From positions 32,001 through 96,000 of the forward strand of contig JBHYGA010000008.1 of assembly GCA_051859245.1 (NCBI GenBank): a stretch of 64,000 nucleotides of DNA, read 5' to 3'. The DNA comes from Gemmatimonadaceae bacterium (GTDB lineage Bacteria > Gemmatimonadota > Gemmatimonadetes > Gemmatimonadales > Gemmatimonadaceae). This document shows positions 1 to 9,082 of this stretch, in pieces. Under the pieces are notes generated by a model. It worked only from the letters and a program-made list of their open reading frames with translations, made no database searches and had not been told where the DNA came from. How positions within the stretch are numbered: position 1 is the first letter of the stretch; each line of letters opens with the position of its first letter. A program made the position numbers and the translations under genes.

Positions 1-639
1 ATTGTGCGACTGGGATTCGCCGCGATCCGCAACATTGCGATCGCGGCCAGCCTTACGCGCATGTTTCGTGGTGGCAGGCTGCACCAGTCGTTTGATGCCC
101 GTGACCTGTGGTTGCACTCGGTTGCTGTCGCCGAAGGTGCGCGACTGCTCGCACTGCAAACGCGCAAAGGCAGCGCTGAGGAAGCGATGCTGGCCGGATT
201 GCTGCATGACATCGGCGTTGTGGTTGCCATGCAAACGCTGCGGCCGCAGTTCGAACAGTTGCTGCTCGCACTCGAAAGCGATCCGGGGCTCGAGTTTGCA
301 AGCGCCGAGCTGCTGCATCTGGGCACTACGCACGAAGCACTGGGCGCGGCGCTCAGCAGTAGCTGGGGATTTCCGCAGTCACTGGCACACGTGGCCGCGC
401 ATCATCATGCGCCCATGGCGCTGGAACCCGCACAGCGTGTGATGCCGGCGCTGGTGTACGTGGCAGATCACCTCGCGGCCGAATGCAAATTGGGCTACAG
501 TCGCACGGTGCACGGGCACACGCTTGAACCCGCGGTGTGTGAATGGCTCGGGCTCAGTGAGGCCGATCTGCTCTCTGTGCGCGAGCGATTGCCGGCCGCT
601 ACAGCCGAAGCGTCACAGGTGCTTGGCGACGGGAGCTGA
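1..639 (+). CDS. HDOD domain protein (5' end outside window)
   Basis: LG..IRN, LWLHSVAVA, AGLLHDIG, THEALGAAL..WGFP, HHH motifs typical of HDOD. Confidence 0.85.
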   Translation: MVRLGFAAIRNIAIAASLTRMFRGGRLHQSFDARDLWLHSVAVAEGARLLALQTRKGSAEEAMLAGLLHDIGVVVAMQTLRPQFEQLLLALESDPGLEFASAELLHLGTTHEALGAALSSSWGFPQSLAHVAAHHHAPMALEPAQRVMPALVYVADHLAAECKLGYSRTVHGHTLEPAVCEWLGLSEADLLSVRERLPAATAEASQVLGDGS

Positions 640-768
640 GGAACTGCACCCGCATCCGCTTGCACAGCCCGACGACGCAGCGCGCGAGGCACGCCACGCG
701 CCCAACGCACGGCGCGCAATGAATGCCACCGACGCGAGAACGATGAGCGCTACGATCAGGGATTGCAT
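613..768 (-). CDS. FeoB-associated Cys-rich small membrane protein, 51 aa (not in ORF track)
   Basis: Hand translation MQSLIVALIVLASVAFIARRALGAWRASRAASSGCASGCGCSSSAPVAKHL: one TM helix plus GCxxGCGC; GGAGG SD within the feoB 3' end; starts 3 nt after the feoB stop. Confidence 0.8.
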   Translation of the reverse strand: MQSLIVALIVLASVAFIARRALGAWRASRAASSGCASGCGCSSSAPVAKHL

Positions 769-771
769 GCG

Positions 772-2949
772 TTAGCCTCCGTATCCAAGGGCTCGTCCCA
801 CGGTGTACACAAGCCACGCGGCTCCGTACGCCAGTGCGAGCATGTAGCCAAACTGAATCGCGGCCCATGACCAGCCAATCTTGCCGCCGCCCGCTTCGCG
901 CACGGTGATTGCCGTGGTGCTCATGCACATGAGCGCGTACACGTAAAACACCATCAAACCGAGTGCCACCAATGTTGAATACACCGGACGACCGGTGTTC
1001 GGATCAACTTCAGCCTTAAGGCGCTCGCCCAGCGCGGCGGCATTGTCTTCATCGCCGCCCACGCCGTAGATCGTGCCCATGGTGGACACGAACACTTCAC
1101 GCGCCGCAAAGCTGGCAGCAATCGACACACCAATTTTCCAGTCGTAACCGAGCGGGCGTACCACCGGCTCAATAATCTTGCCGATCTGTCCGAGTGCGCT
1201 CTGCTCCAGCTGCTGCTCCTGTTGCGCGACGTCAGACAACGCGGGATCTGGCGCCGTACGCGGATACGTGGCCAGCGCCCACAGCACTATCGAGAGTGCC
1301 ATGATCACCGTGCCGGCGCGGCGTACGAATAACATCGCGCGCTGCCACACGGTCACACCAAGCGTACGCACACTCGGCCACCGGTACGACGGCAGCTCGA
1401 GAATCATGGGCCGCACGGGACCCTTGAGCAGCGTGCGCTTGAACACGGCAGCAACGGCGAGCGCGGTGAGTGTACCGAGCAGATACATGCCGAGTAACGT
1501 CATGCCCTGCAGACCAAAGCCAAGCGGAAGCGTACTCGCTGGCACAAATGAACCAATGAGCAGCGTGTACACCGGCAGTCGTGCCGAGCAACTCATGAGC
1601 GGCACCACCATCATCGTGGCCAATCGATCTTGCCGGTTCTCAATCACGCGTGTGGCCATGATGCCAGGTACCGCACACGCATAACCCGACAACATGGGAA
1701 TGAAGCTGCGGCCGTGGAGGCCAACGCGTCGCATCACTCGATCCATGAGAAACGCCGCGCGCGCCATGTAGCCGCTGTCTTCCAGTACGCCGATGACCAG
1801 AAACAGAATGCAGATTTGCGGGAGGAACACGAGCACCGATCCCACGCCCGCAAACACGCCGTCTACCACGAGCGACCGCAGCTCACCTTCGGGCATGAAG
1901 CTGCCAACGAGAGAGCCGAGCGCCGCAATGCCACCTTCGATGGCGTCTTGCAACGGTGCGGCCCACGTAAAGACGGACTGAAAAACAAACGCCATCAGTC
2001 CAATAAACAGAATCGGACCAATCACGCGATGCAGTGCAACGGAATCAATGCGATCAGAGACAGACTGGCCATGCGCTGCGCGCGACGCGGTAGTGCGCGC
2101 CATCACTTCGCCAATCCATCCGTAACGCGCATCTGATTCGAGGCGCTGCGGCGCAATGCCCATCTGTGCGAGCGTGACGGTTGCGTCGCGCCGCGCATCG
2201 TCGAGACCGTCAATCGTTTCGAGATGCGGCTCGGCGTGTTGCACCGACATCAGGCGCAGCGCTTCGAGCCGCGCCGCCGACGGTTTGAATCCCGCCTGTT
2301 CGAGACGCTGCACAACCGGCAGCAGTGCGTCGTCTACGGCGTGCGGCAATGCGAACTTTCGACTCGGCGCCGGCAGTGTGACCGCGATTTCGCAGGCGCG
2401 CGTGAGCGCATCGAGTCCCTGCGCACGCTTGGCAATCAGTGGCACAACCGGCACACCGAGTTCGTGAATCAGCTCGGGCACATCAATCGTGATGCCCTTG
2501 GCTTCCGCCGCGTCCATCTGATTGAGCGCCACCACAACCGGCACACCAACTTCGAGCACCTGGCTGGTGAGATACAGGTTGCGCTCAAGATGTGCGGCGT
2601 CCACCACCACAACGATCACATCAGGGCGCCATCCGTCCCGCGCTTTGCCGAGCAATACCTCGAGCGCAATCTGTTCATCGGGCGAGGACGCGGAGAGCGA
2701 ATAGCTGCCCGGGAGATCAAGACACGAAACGCGTGCGCCACCCGCCGTGCGAAACGCACCTTCCACGCGTTCCACGGTCACGCCGGCAAAATTGCCAACA
2801 CGCTGACGCAGTCCGGTCAGCGCATTGAAGAGTGTCGTCTTGCCTGTGTTAGGATTTCCTACGAGCGCGATGCGCAAGACTGCGGCATCATTCGGTGCAG
2901 GAAGCGCGGGCGGTGTTGATTCGACCACCGGCACAGCGAGATCGCTCAT
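772..2949 (-). CDS. feoB: ferrous iron transport protein B
   Basis: GNPNTGKT, VGNFAGVTVE, DLPG GTPase motifs; EDSGYMARAAF, CSARLPVY, REVFVST membrane motifs. Confidence 0.97.
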   Translation of the reverse strand: MSDLAVPVVESTPPALPAPNDAAVLRIALVGNPNTGKTTLFNALTGLRQRVGNFAGVTVERVEGAFRTAGGARVSCLDLPGSYSLSASSPDEQIALEVLLGKARDGWRPDVIVVVVDAAHLERNLYLTSQVLEVGVPVVVALNQMDAAEAKGITIDVPELIHELGVPVVPLIAKRAQGLDALTRACEIAVTLPAPSRKFALPHAVDDALLPVVQRLEQAGFKPSAARLEALRLMSVQHAEPHLETIDGLDDARRDATVTLAQMGIAPQRLESDARYGWIGEVMARTTASRAAHGQSVSDRIDSVALHRVIGPILFIGLMAFVFQSVFTWAAPLQDAIEGGIAALGSLVGSFMPEGELRSLVVDGVFAGVGSVLVFLPQICILFLVIGVLEDSGYMARAAFLMDRVMRRVGLHGRSFIPMLSGYACAVPGIMATRVIENRQDRLATMMVVPLMSCSARLPVYTLLIGSFVPASTLPLGFGLQGMTLLGMYLLGTLTALAVAAVFKRTLLKGPVRPMILELPSYRWPSVRTLGVTVWQRAMLFVRRAGTVIMALSIVLWALATYPRTAPDPALSDVAQQEQQLEQSALGQIGKIIEPVVRPLGYDWKIGVSIAASFAAREVFVSTMGTIYGVGGDEDNAAALGERLKAEVDPNTGRPVYSTLVALGLMVFYVYALMCMSTTAITVREAGGGKIGWSWAAIQFGYMLALAYGAAWLVYTVGRALGYGG

Positions 2950-2975
2950 GTGGCGACCGAACTACTGAGCTTCGC

Positions 2976-3290
2976 TCAGCCGCGCGCCGAACGGACGGCT
3001 GGCAGCGGCTGAACAGTGATGCCGGCAGTGAGCGCCGAACCGAGTGCGATACGCGTGCCGCGCACATCGAGAACCATCGCGTGACGCGCGTCAATCACGC
3101 TGACCGACGTGCCTTCGCACAAACCGAGTGCACGGAGGCGGCAGGCTTCGTCTGAACCACAATCATCAAGGCCGAGCACGGTGGCGCGACTGCCCGGACG
3201 ACACTGCGAGAGCGTACACGGACGCGCGTCTGCAAGCAGACCATTCGCAGGCTGTGCGACCGACTCAAGAACAGGAAGCTTGGTGCTCAC
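2976..3290 (-). CDS. feoA: ferrous iron transport protein A
   Basis: RLRALGLCEG..V.V, VRGTRIAL SH3-like FeoA pattern; directly upstream of feoB. Confidence 0.9.
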   Translation of the reverse strand: MSTKLPVLESVAQPANGLLADARPCTLSQCRPGSRATVLGLDDCGSDEACRLRALGLCEGTSVSVIDARHAMVLDVRGTRIALGSALTAGITVQPLPAVRSARG

Positions 3291-3306
3291 GTGGCGATGA
3301 TGAGAA

Positions 3307-3326
3307 GATGAGAATGGTTCTCAATC
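3307..3326. promoter_or_regulatory. Fur-box-like inverted repeat upstream of feoA
   Basis: GATGAGAATGGTTCTCAATC (TGAGAA-N3-TTCTCA), 17 nt upstream of the feoA start. Confidence 0.7.
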
Positions 3327-3420
3327 GTTACTTACTTAGATTAGCACAACGAGAGAGGCGAAGCAATGGGGAGTGATTTTGTCGGGAGACGCTCCCCAGC
3401 CTCCGTTGTTAGCGAGCCCG

Positions 3421-4260
3421 TCAGGCTGGGGCCAGCGCTGAACCGTTGGGGTCGCGCCGCGCCATGATGAAGCCCACGCCAATGACGGCGATCGTAATCG
3501 CGATCACCTGCGCGATCGTGAGTCCGGCCACAAAGCGATCGTCCTTGGCTCGGAAGAACTCCACGATAAAGCGCTCCAGACCGGCCACCACGCAGTACAC
3601 GCCGGCCAGCCACCCTTCCTTATGGGTGTGCTTCCGGAACTGCCACAGCACCAGAAACATCACGAAGCCCATGGCCACTTCGTACAGCTGCGTGGGGTGT
3701 ACGGCGATCACCTGGAGCGGATCGGTGCCGGGCGGGAGATCCACGCCGAACATGCTCTGCAGGTTCTGTGCGGTGCTCGGCGGCGCGCCCTCTGGGAAGC
3801 GCACGGCAAACGGACCGCTCCACGGCCGGCCGTAGTCATCACCAACCGCCCAGCATCCGGTGCGTCCCACCGCGTAGCCACCGGCGATGGAAATGCCGGC
3901 GACATCCGCGATGCGAAAAAACCCGAGCTTCTTCCAGCGAACGGTGAGTGTGCACAAAATCACCGCGCCAATAAATCCGCCCCAGAAGACAAAACCGCCG
4001 CGACTGAAAAACGCCGAGACGTCACCCACCAGAATCACGTAGTAGGTCTTGGCACCAATCAGCGTACCGATCAACGCGGCCATGATGATGTCGGGCATCG
4101 CGTCGGCTTCCACGAGCTGTCCGCGCCGCGTGAGCTCACGAATGCAGATAATCTGCGCGAGCACAAATCCGGCGAGCACGGCCAGACCAAACCCCGTGAG
4201 CTCGATGGGACCAAACTTGAAAACCGTGGGCAGCGCCGTAATGCCGTCAATAGCAAGCAT
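3421..4260 (-). CDS. lgt: prolipoprotein diacylglyceryl transferase
   Basis: GGF..WGG, GRTGC, HPTQLYE, ERFIVEFFR motifs; multiple TM segments. Confidence 0.92.
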   Translation of the reverse strand: MLAIDGITALPTVFKFGPIELTGFGLAVLAGFVLAQIICIRELTRRGQLVEADAMPDIIMAALIGTLIGAKTYYVILVGDVSAFFSRGGFVFWGGFIGAVILCTLTVRWKKLGFFRIADVAGISIAGGYAVGRTGCWAVGDDYGRPWSGPFAVRFPEGAPPSTAQNLQSMFGVDLPPGTDPLQVIAVHPTQLYEVAMGFVMFLVLWQFRKHTHKEGWLAGVYCVVAGLERFIVEFFRAKDDRFVAGLTIAQVIAITIAVIGVGFIMARRDPNGSALAPA

Positions 4261-4287
4261 GCGCGAATGGTGGCGAAAGAAGACGGA

Positions 4288-5397
4288 TTAGCGCGATGCT
4301 GAGCCGCTGCGGGCGGCGCTTCGCGAGACGGAGTGAGTCGGCGACCGCTGTAACATACCGGGAATGGGCATCGCCGCGTGCGCGGAGAACGCGGGATGTC
4401 CAATCTCACCTGCCGCGAAGCGAAATGCACCCGCGGCGGCGATCATGGCGGCGTTGTCGGTGGCGAGTCGGGGTGAAGGGGCGAAGACTACCTGACCGTT
4501 GGGCAGGGCCCGCTGCATGGCCGCCTGCAACGCCTGATTGCAGGCCACACCGCCGCCGAGCACGACACGATCACGATTGAACAATCGGGCGGCGCGGGAA
4601 GTTTTGGCCACGAGCGTATCAACCACCGCGTCCTGAAATCCACGCGCAATGTGTGGCCGTTCTTCGTTAATCGTGCCATTTGCTTCGGCGGCACGAACGG
4701 CCAGCATGACGGCGGTTTTCAACCCACTGAATGACAGGTCAAAATAGTCCGCATCGTCGGGCTGCTGGTTGCGCCGCAGCATGGGCCGCGAAAACACATG
4801 GCGCGACGGATCACCGTCGCGCGCGAGCAACTCCAGCGGTCGACCGCCAGGATACGGAAGTCCTAGCAGCTTGGCCACCTTGTCGAACGCTTCACCGGCA
4901 GCATCATCACGCGTCTGACCGAGCAACTGATACGAGCCCCAGTCTGGAACATCGAGCAACAACGTGTGCCCACCGCTCACCAACAGCGCGGTAAAGGGCG
5001 GCGTGGCAAGCGGGTGTTCAAGCGCCGTGGCAAACAGATGACCTTCAAGATGATGTACAGGCACAACGGGTACGCCGCGCGCGAGACCGAGCGCTTTGGC
5101 AAAGTGCACACCCACAAGCAGCGCGCCTACCAGACCAGGCGCGTGTGTCACGGCGATCGCGTCACAATCGTTCACATCGCACGCGGCGTCGCGCAGCGCT
5201 TCGCGCACGACCGGAGGCAGTGCGGTGAGATGTTGCCGGCTCGCGATCTCCGGCACCACGCCACCAAACACGCGGTGCACATCCTGCGATAGAATCACCA
5301 GCGAACGCAGCGTGAAGGCATCTCCGGTGCGCTCAACAACGGCGGCCGATGTTTCGTCGCACGATGTTTCAATGCCGAGAATTCGCACGGTGCTCAT
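4288..5397 (-). CDS. tsaD: tRNA N6-adenosine threonylcarbamoyltransferase
   Basis: ILGIETSCDETS, GGVVPEIASRQH, HHLEGH, SGGHT, DDAAGEAFDKVAK, TDNAAMI. Confidence 0.97.
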   Translation of the reverse strand: MSTVRILGIETSCDETSAAVVERTGDAFTLRSLVILSQDVHRVFGGVVPEIASRQHLTALPPVVREALRDAACDVNDCDAIAVTHAPGLVGALLVGVHFAKALGLARGVPVVPVHHLEGHLFATALEHPLATPPFTALLVSGGHTLLLDVPDWGSYQLLGQTRDDAAGEAFDKVAKLLGLPYPGGRPLELLARDGDPSRHVFSRPMLRRNQQPDDADYFDLSFSGLKTAVMLAVRAAEANGTINEERPHIARGFQDAVVDTLVAKTSRAARLFNRDRVVLGGGVACNQALQAAMQRALPNGQVVFAPSPRLATDNAAMIAAAGAFRFAAGEIGHPAFSAHAAMPIPGMLQRSPTHSVSRSAARSGSASR

Positions 5398-5425
5398 GGC
5401 TGCACACCGCTGTTTAGGGCGTCGC

Positions 5426-5842
5426 TCATGGCACGGGTTGCACGGACTTGGTGGTATCCCGCTCTGGGCGACGCAGCAGCACCAGCAACAATCGCGGGCG
5501 AACGTCGCGCACGACTACATCACTGCCAGTTGGTAGATTGATATCCTCGCCACGCAGTTCAAGCCGCGCGCTGTCGCCGCCTTCGCTCGTGACCGCGCGG
5601 GGCATCATGGGCGGTGTCGTAATTAGTTTGAACAATTCTCGGCGCTTGCCAACCACGAGTGCTTCAACCGGCGGTGTGGGTTCGGCCAGCGTGACGTCGG
5701 CATCAAGCGTGAGCGCGACGTTCACGGGAATCCATTCCGACGCGGATTCTTCTGCACTCACGATGAGCCAGAGGCCCGTGGCCAGGACGAGTGCAATCAC
5801 GGCCCGCGGCCATTCGGCGCGCAGTCGCCGCTTCATGCCCAC
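5426..5842 (-). CDS. YbbR/CdaR-like single-domain membrane protein
   Basis: N-terminal TM ending LATGLWLIV, followed by a beta-rich domain resembling the YbbR N-terminus; in operon. Confidence 0.5.
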   Translation of the reverse strand: MGMKRRLRAEWPRAVIALVLATGLWLIVSAEESASEWIPVNVALTLDADVTLAEPTPPVEALVVGKRRELFKLITTPPMMPRAVTSEGGDSARLELRGEDINLPTGSDVVVRDVRPRLLLVLLRRPERDTTKSVQPVP

Positions 5843-5845
5843 GCG

Positions 5846-6400
5846 TCAGGCCTCAGACTCGGCCAGCAGTTGCGCGATGAACTTACGGTTGCTTTCTGAG
5901 TTCCAGTCGTCCGGGCCGATCCACTTGCGACGCACCGTGCCCGACTTGTCGATCACGTACGTTTCTGGCACAGCACGATACGGATACACGGCGCGAAACA
6001 GCTCTTCGCGATCGTGCAACACGTCAAACGTCAGTGAGAACTCCTTCACAAAATCGCGAATTGCTTTGTCCATATCGCGGTTGTCGACACTTACGGCAAC
6101 GACCGCGAGTCCCTGACCATCGAACGCTTTGTGCAGCTGTTCCATGCTTGGCATTTCTTCACGGCATGGGCCGCACCACGTGGCCCAGATATTGAGCAGC
6201 ACCACCTTGCCACGGTAGTCGCTCAACGTTTTGAGCGAGCCGTCGGTACGACTCATATCGATCGCGTTGAATCCCGGCGCTTGCGAGCCAATGCCCACGT
6301 GGAACGACTCTTCGTGCATCATGCGCGAGCCCACAAACAACCCCACGGCCAGCACAGCCACGATCCCCGCTACCGCCATCCACTGTTGTTTCACCGTCAT
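5846..6400 (-). CDS. TlpA/ResA-family thiol-disulfide oxidoreductase
   Basis: LLNIWATWCGPCREEMP; N-terminal TM; start at 6400 by ATGA overlap with the rpe stop. Confidence 0.9.
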   Translation of the reverse strand: MTVKQQWMAVAGIVAVLAVGLFVGSRMMHEESFHVGIGSQAPGFNAIDMSRTDGSLKTLSDYRGKVVLLNIWATWCGPCREEMPSMEQLHKAFDGQGLAVVAVSVDNRDMDKAIRDFVKEFSLTFDVLHDREELFRAVYPYRAVPETYVIDKSGTVRRKWIGPDDWNSESNRKFIAQLLAESEA

Positions 6401-7062
6401 ACCGAAACTCCGCACAGTGCGCGCAACGCACCGATCTCCGCGGTTGGATTGGCTGCGGTGAACACGGCGTTCCCCGCAACGAATGTGTCTGCACCGGCGC
6501 GCCAGCAACGCGTGATCGTCTCACGACTCACGCCGCCATCAATCTCAAGTACGGCGCGTGAGCCGGTGGCCACGAGCATCTGCTTGGCGCGCGCAATTTT
6601 GTCGACCGTGTACTCAATAAACTTTTGCCCGCCGTAACCTGGATTCACAGTCATGATGAGCAGCAGATCCAGCTCGGCGGCCACCTCGCGCACCTGTTCG
6701 AGCGGCGTAGCCGGATTCAACGCTACACCAGCCATGCAGCCAAGTTCGCGAATGCGCGCCAACTGCCGATCCAGATGCGGCGCGGCCTCGGCATGCACGG
6801 TGAGTACATTGGCGCCGGCCTTGGCATAATCATCGAAGTAGCGCTCTGGCTCCACGACCATCAGATGCACATCAATCGGCAATGATGTGCATCGACGCAC
6901 GGTTTCGATCACCTTGGCGCCAAACGTGAGGTTCGGGACAAAGCGCCCGTCCATCACGTCAACGTGAATCCAGTCGGCACCGCCGGCTTCACACATGGCC
7001 AGGTCATCAGCGAGACGTGCAAAGTCGGCCGATAGGATAGACGGAGCAATACGTACGGTCAT
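6397..7062 (-). CDS. rpe: ribulose-phosphate 3-epimerase
   Basis: IAPSILSADF, HVDVMDG.FVPN, DVHLMV, MTVNPGYGGQ, EIDGGV. Confidence 0.97.
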   Translation of the reverse strand: MTVRIAPSILSADFARLADDLAMCEAGGADWIHVDVMDGRFVPNLTFGAKVIETVRRCTSLPIDVHLMVVEPERYFDDYAKAGANVLTVHAEAAPHLDRQLARIRELGCMAGVALNPATPLEQVREVAAELDLLLIMTVNPGYGGQKFIEYTVDKIARAKQMLVATGSRAVLEIDGGVSRETITRCWRAGADTFVAGNAVFTAANPTAEIGALRALCGVSV

Positions 7063-7649
7063 GGAAGCGTGTCGGCGCGCATGGTGTCAATGCGCGTGGT
7101 GTCAATGCGCGTGGTGTCAATGCGCATGGTGTCGGGCGGCATGGTGTCAATCGTCATTGGATTGATCGAACGACGACGGTCCGCGAGAATCAAATTCACC
7201 GTTGCGGGCAACTGCACGCGCTCGCCGGGAACGGGAAACGTTTCAAGCACGGTGCCGGTGCGCTCGTCTGATTCACGAAACATGATATCGCCGAGGGTAA
7301 AACCGGCGCGTTCCAGCAAGCGCCGTGCGTCACCTTCCACACGGCCAAGCAGATCGGGTACCACAGCAACGGGCGTGCTCGAGACTTCCACCCCTTCGCC
7401 GCGTCGCGCGGTCTGCGCAGACCCAGCGCGCATGCCGTCTGCTCGAGGGCCGCTGAACGTTTTGCGCGGTGCCGGTTCGTCGATTACCTCGTCTACGACT
7501 TCCGGAATCGGCGTGCGCGAATCTCCTTCAAGAATTCGCAGCGACACAAACCCGCTGGCTGCTCCGAAGATCAGCCCCGCTCCAAGCGCGATGCCGGCGC
7601 GAGAGAGCCAGAGCTTCGTGAGTGGAGACATTTTCTTGTTGGTGCTCAC
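7059..7649 (-). CDS. membrane-anchored PASTA domain protein with repetitive C-terminal tail
   Basis: TM helix; VVPDLLG..EGDARRLLERAGF..G.VLET.PVPG PASTA pattern. Confidence 0.8.
   Translation of the reverse strand: MSTNKKMSPLTKLWLSRAGIALGAGLIFGAASGFVSLRILEGDSRTPIPEVVDEVIDEPAPRKTFSGPRADGMRAGSAQTARRGEGVEVSSTPVAVVPDLLGRVEGDARRLLERAGFTLGDIMFRESDERTGTVLETFPVPGERVQLPATVNLILADRRRSINPMTIDTMPPDTMRIDTTRIDTTRIDTMRADTLP
7066..7155. repeat. six 15-bp tandem units encoding xxDT(M/T/L)
   Basis: RTGGTGTCAATGCGC-like units at 7066, 7081, 7096, 7111, 7126, 7141. Confidence 0.9.
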
Positions 7650-9082
7650 GAGTTCTCCCGACGGCGCAGGCGTGCGGCAAACGCACCGTCTGCACCATGA
7701 AGATGTGGCAGGACGCGCAACCGACCATTGTCGAGCACGGTGTCTGGCACTGAACCCTCTGGAGGCGGCTCAAGCACAAACTCGGGGTGTTCCGCGAGAA
7801 ACGCGTCAACCGGCGCGTCATTCTCTTCCGGCTCAAGTGAGCACGTGGAATAAATGAGCAATCCACCAGGGCGCACACACTGTGCCGCTGACCGCAGAAT
7901 CTCGCGCTGAATGTTGCTCATCACCGCGAGATCCGATGTCTTGAGGCGCCAGCGTGCATCGGGATGACGACGGAACGTACCGGTTCCAGTGCACGGCACG
8001 TCGAGCAACAGCGCGTCCATATCGCGCAGCGCCGGTTCACGCGCATCACCCACGTACGCCACAATGTTTTCTACGTCGAGTCGACCAAGGCCGAGCAACA
8101 GGCGCTCCAGTCGGCCCGGCACACGATCGGCTGCAATCACCAGCTTTGCCACGCGTGACAGTTCCAGCGATTTGCCACCGGGCGCCGCACACAAATCGGC
8201 CACAATGCTTCCGGGCGCAATCGCCGCGTACCGCGTGACCAACGTGGCCGCGGGATCCTGCACAAACAGCAGCCCCTGCTTGAACGCACCGAGTTCGGTG
8301 AGCTGCACGCCGTGACCGAGCACGAGTGAGTCACTCACAAGCGGTGCATCGGACACGGTGACCCCTGCGCCTTCGAGCATGGCCTCGAGCTGCTCACGCA
8401 CCACGCCAAACGGGCGCAAAACGATCGGCGCCTCGTGGTTGTTTGCTTCAAGCAATTTTTCCGTGTCCGCCAAGCCGAATCGTGCGACCCAACGCGCAAC
8501 CATCCACCGCGGATGCGACGCGCGCTGTGCCAGCGCGTCAATCGGATCAGTGGGCGGAATCGGTTGCAGCGCGTCACGTTCGCGATCCACACGACGCAGC
8601 ACCGCGTTCACCAGCTTGCTCGCACCAATGCCGTGTCGCTGTTTGGCGAGTTCAACCGTTTGTGCGATGGCCGCATACGGCGGCACACTGCCCATGTTGA
8701 GCAGTTGATACGCACCAAGTCGCAGCAGATCGGCCACGTCGCCATCGAGGCGCGCCAGACCACCGCGCACACGCGCGCCGAGGATGGCGTCAAACCAGCT
8801 GCGTTTGCGCAGTGTGCCCCAGACCAGCTCCTGCACCCAGCGGCGATCGCGCGCGTCGAGCGGACCGGCGTGACGGTCAAAAGCGGGATCAAGCAGCTGG
8901 CCACTGCGGATTTCCGCGAGAATGGCCGCCGCGGCTATGCGCGATTCGGTGATCGACGCGGTCTTGCCCCGCGGACCACGATACAGTTTGCGCACGCGAT
9001 CAACCGAGTTGCCCTCGGGCTCGCGCGCGTCCACCCCTACATCGGGACCGAAGTCCCCGTCAGATTCCCCCACCGGCGTCAT
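7646..9082 (-). CDS. rsmB: 16S rRNA m5C967 methyltransferase (start uncertain, ATG 9082 or TTG 9130)
   Basis: NusB-like N-domain, VQD, DLCAAPGGKS, DVPCTGTG, YSTCSL. Confidence 0.93.
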   Translation of the reverse strand: MTPVGESDGDFGPDVGVDAREPEGNSVDRVRKLYRGPRGKTASITESRIAAAAILAEIRSGQLLDPAFDRHAGPLDARDRRWVQELVWGTLRKRSWFDAILGARVRGGLARLDGDVADLLRLGAYQLLNMGSVPPYAAIAQTVELAKQRHGIGASKLVNAVLRRVDRERDALQPIPPTDPIDALAQRASHPRWMVARWVARFGLADTEKLLEANNHEAPIVLRPFGVVREQLEAMLEGAGVTVSDAPLVSDSLVLGHGVQLTELGAFKQGLLFVQDPAATLVTRYAAIAPGSIVADLCAAPGGKSLELSRVAKLVIAADRVPGRLERLLLGLGRLDVENIVAYVGDAREPALRDMDALLLDVPCTGTGTFRRHPDARWRLKTSDLAVMSNIQREILRSAAQCVRPGGLLIYSTCSLEPEENDAPVDAFLAEHPEFVLEPPPEGSVPDTVLDNGRLRVLPHLHGADGAFAARLRRRENS

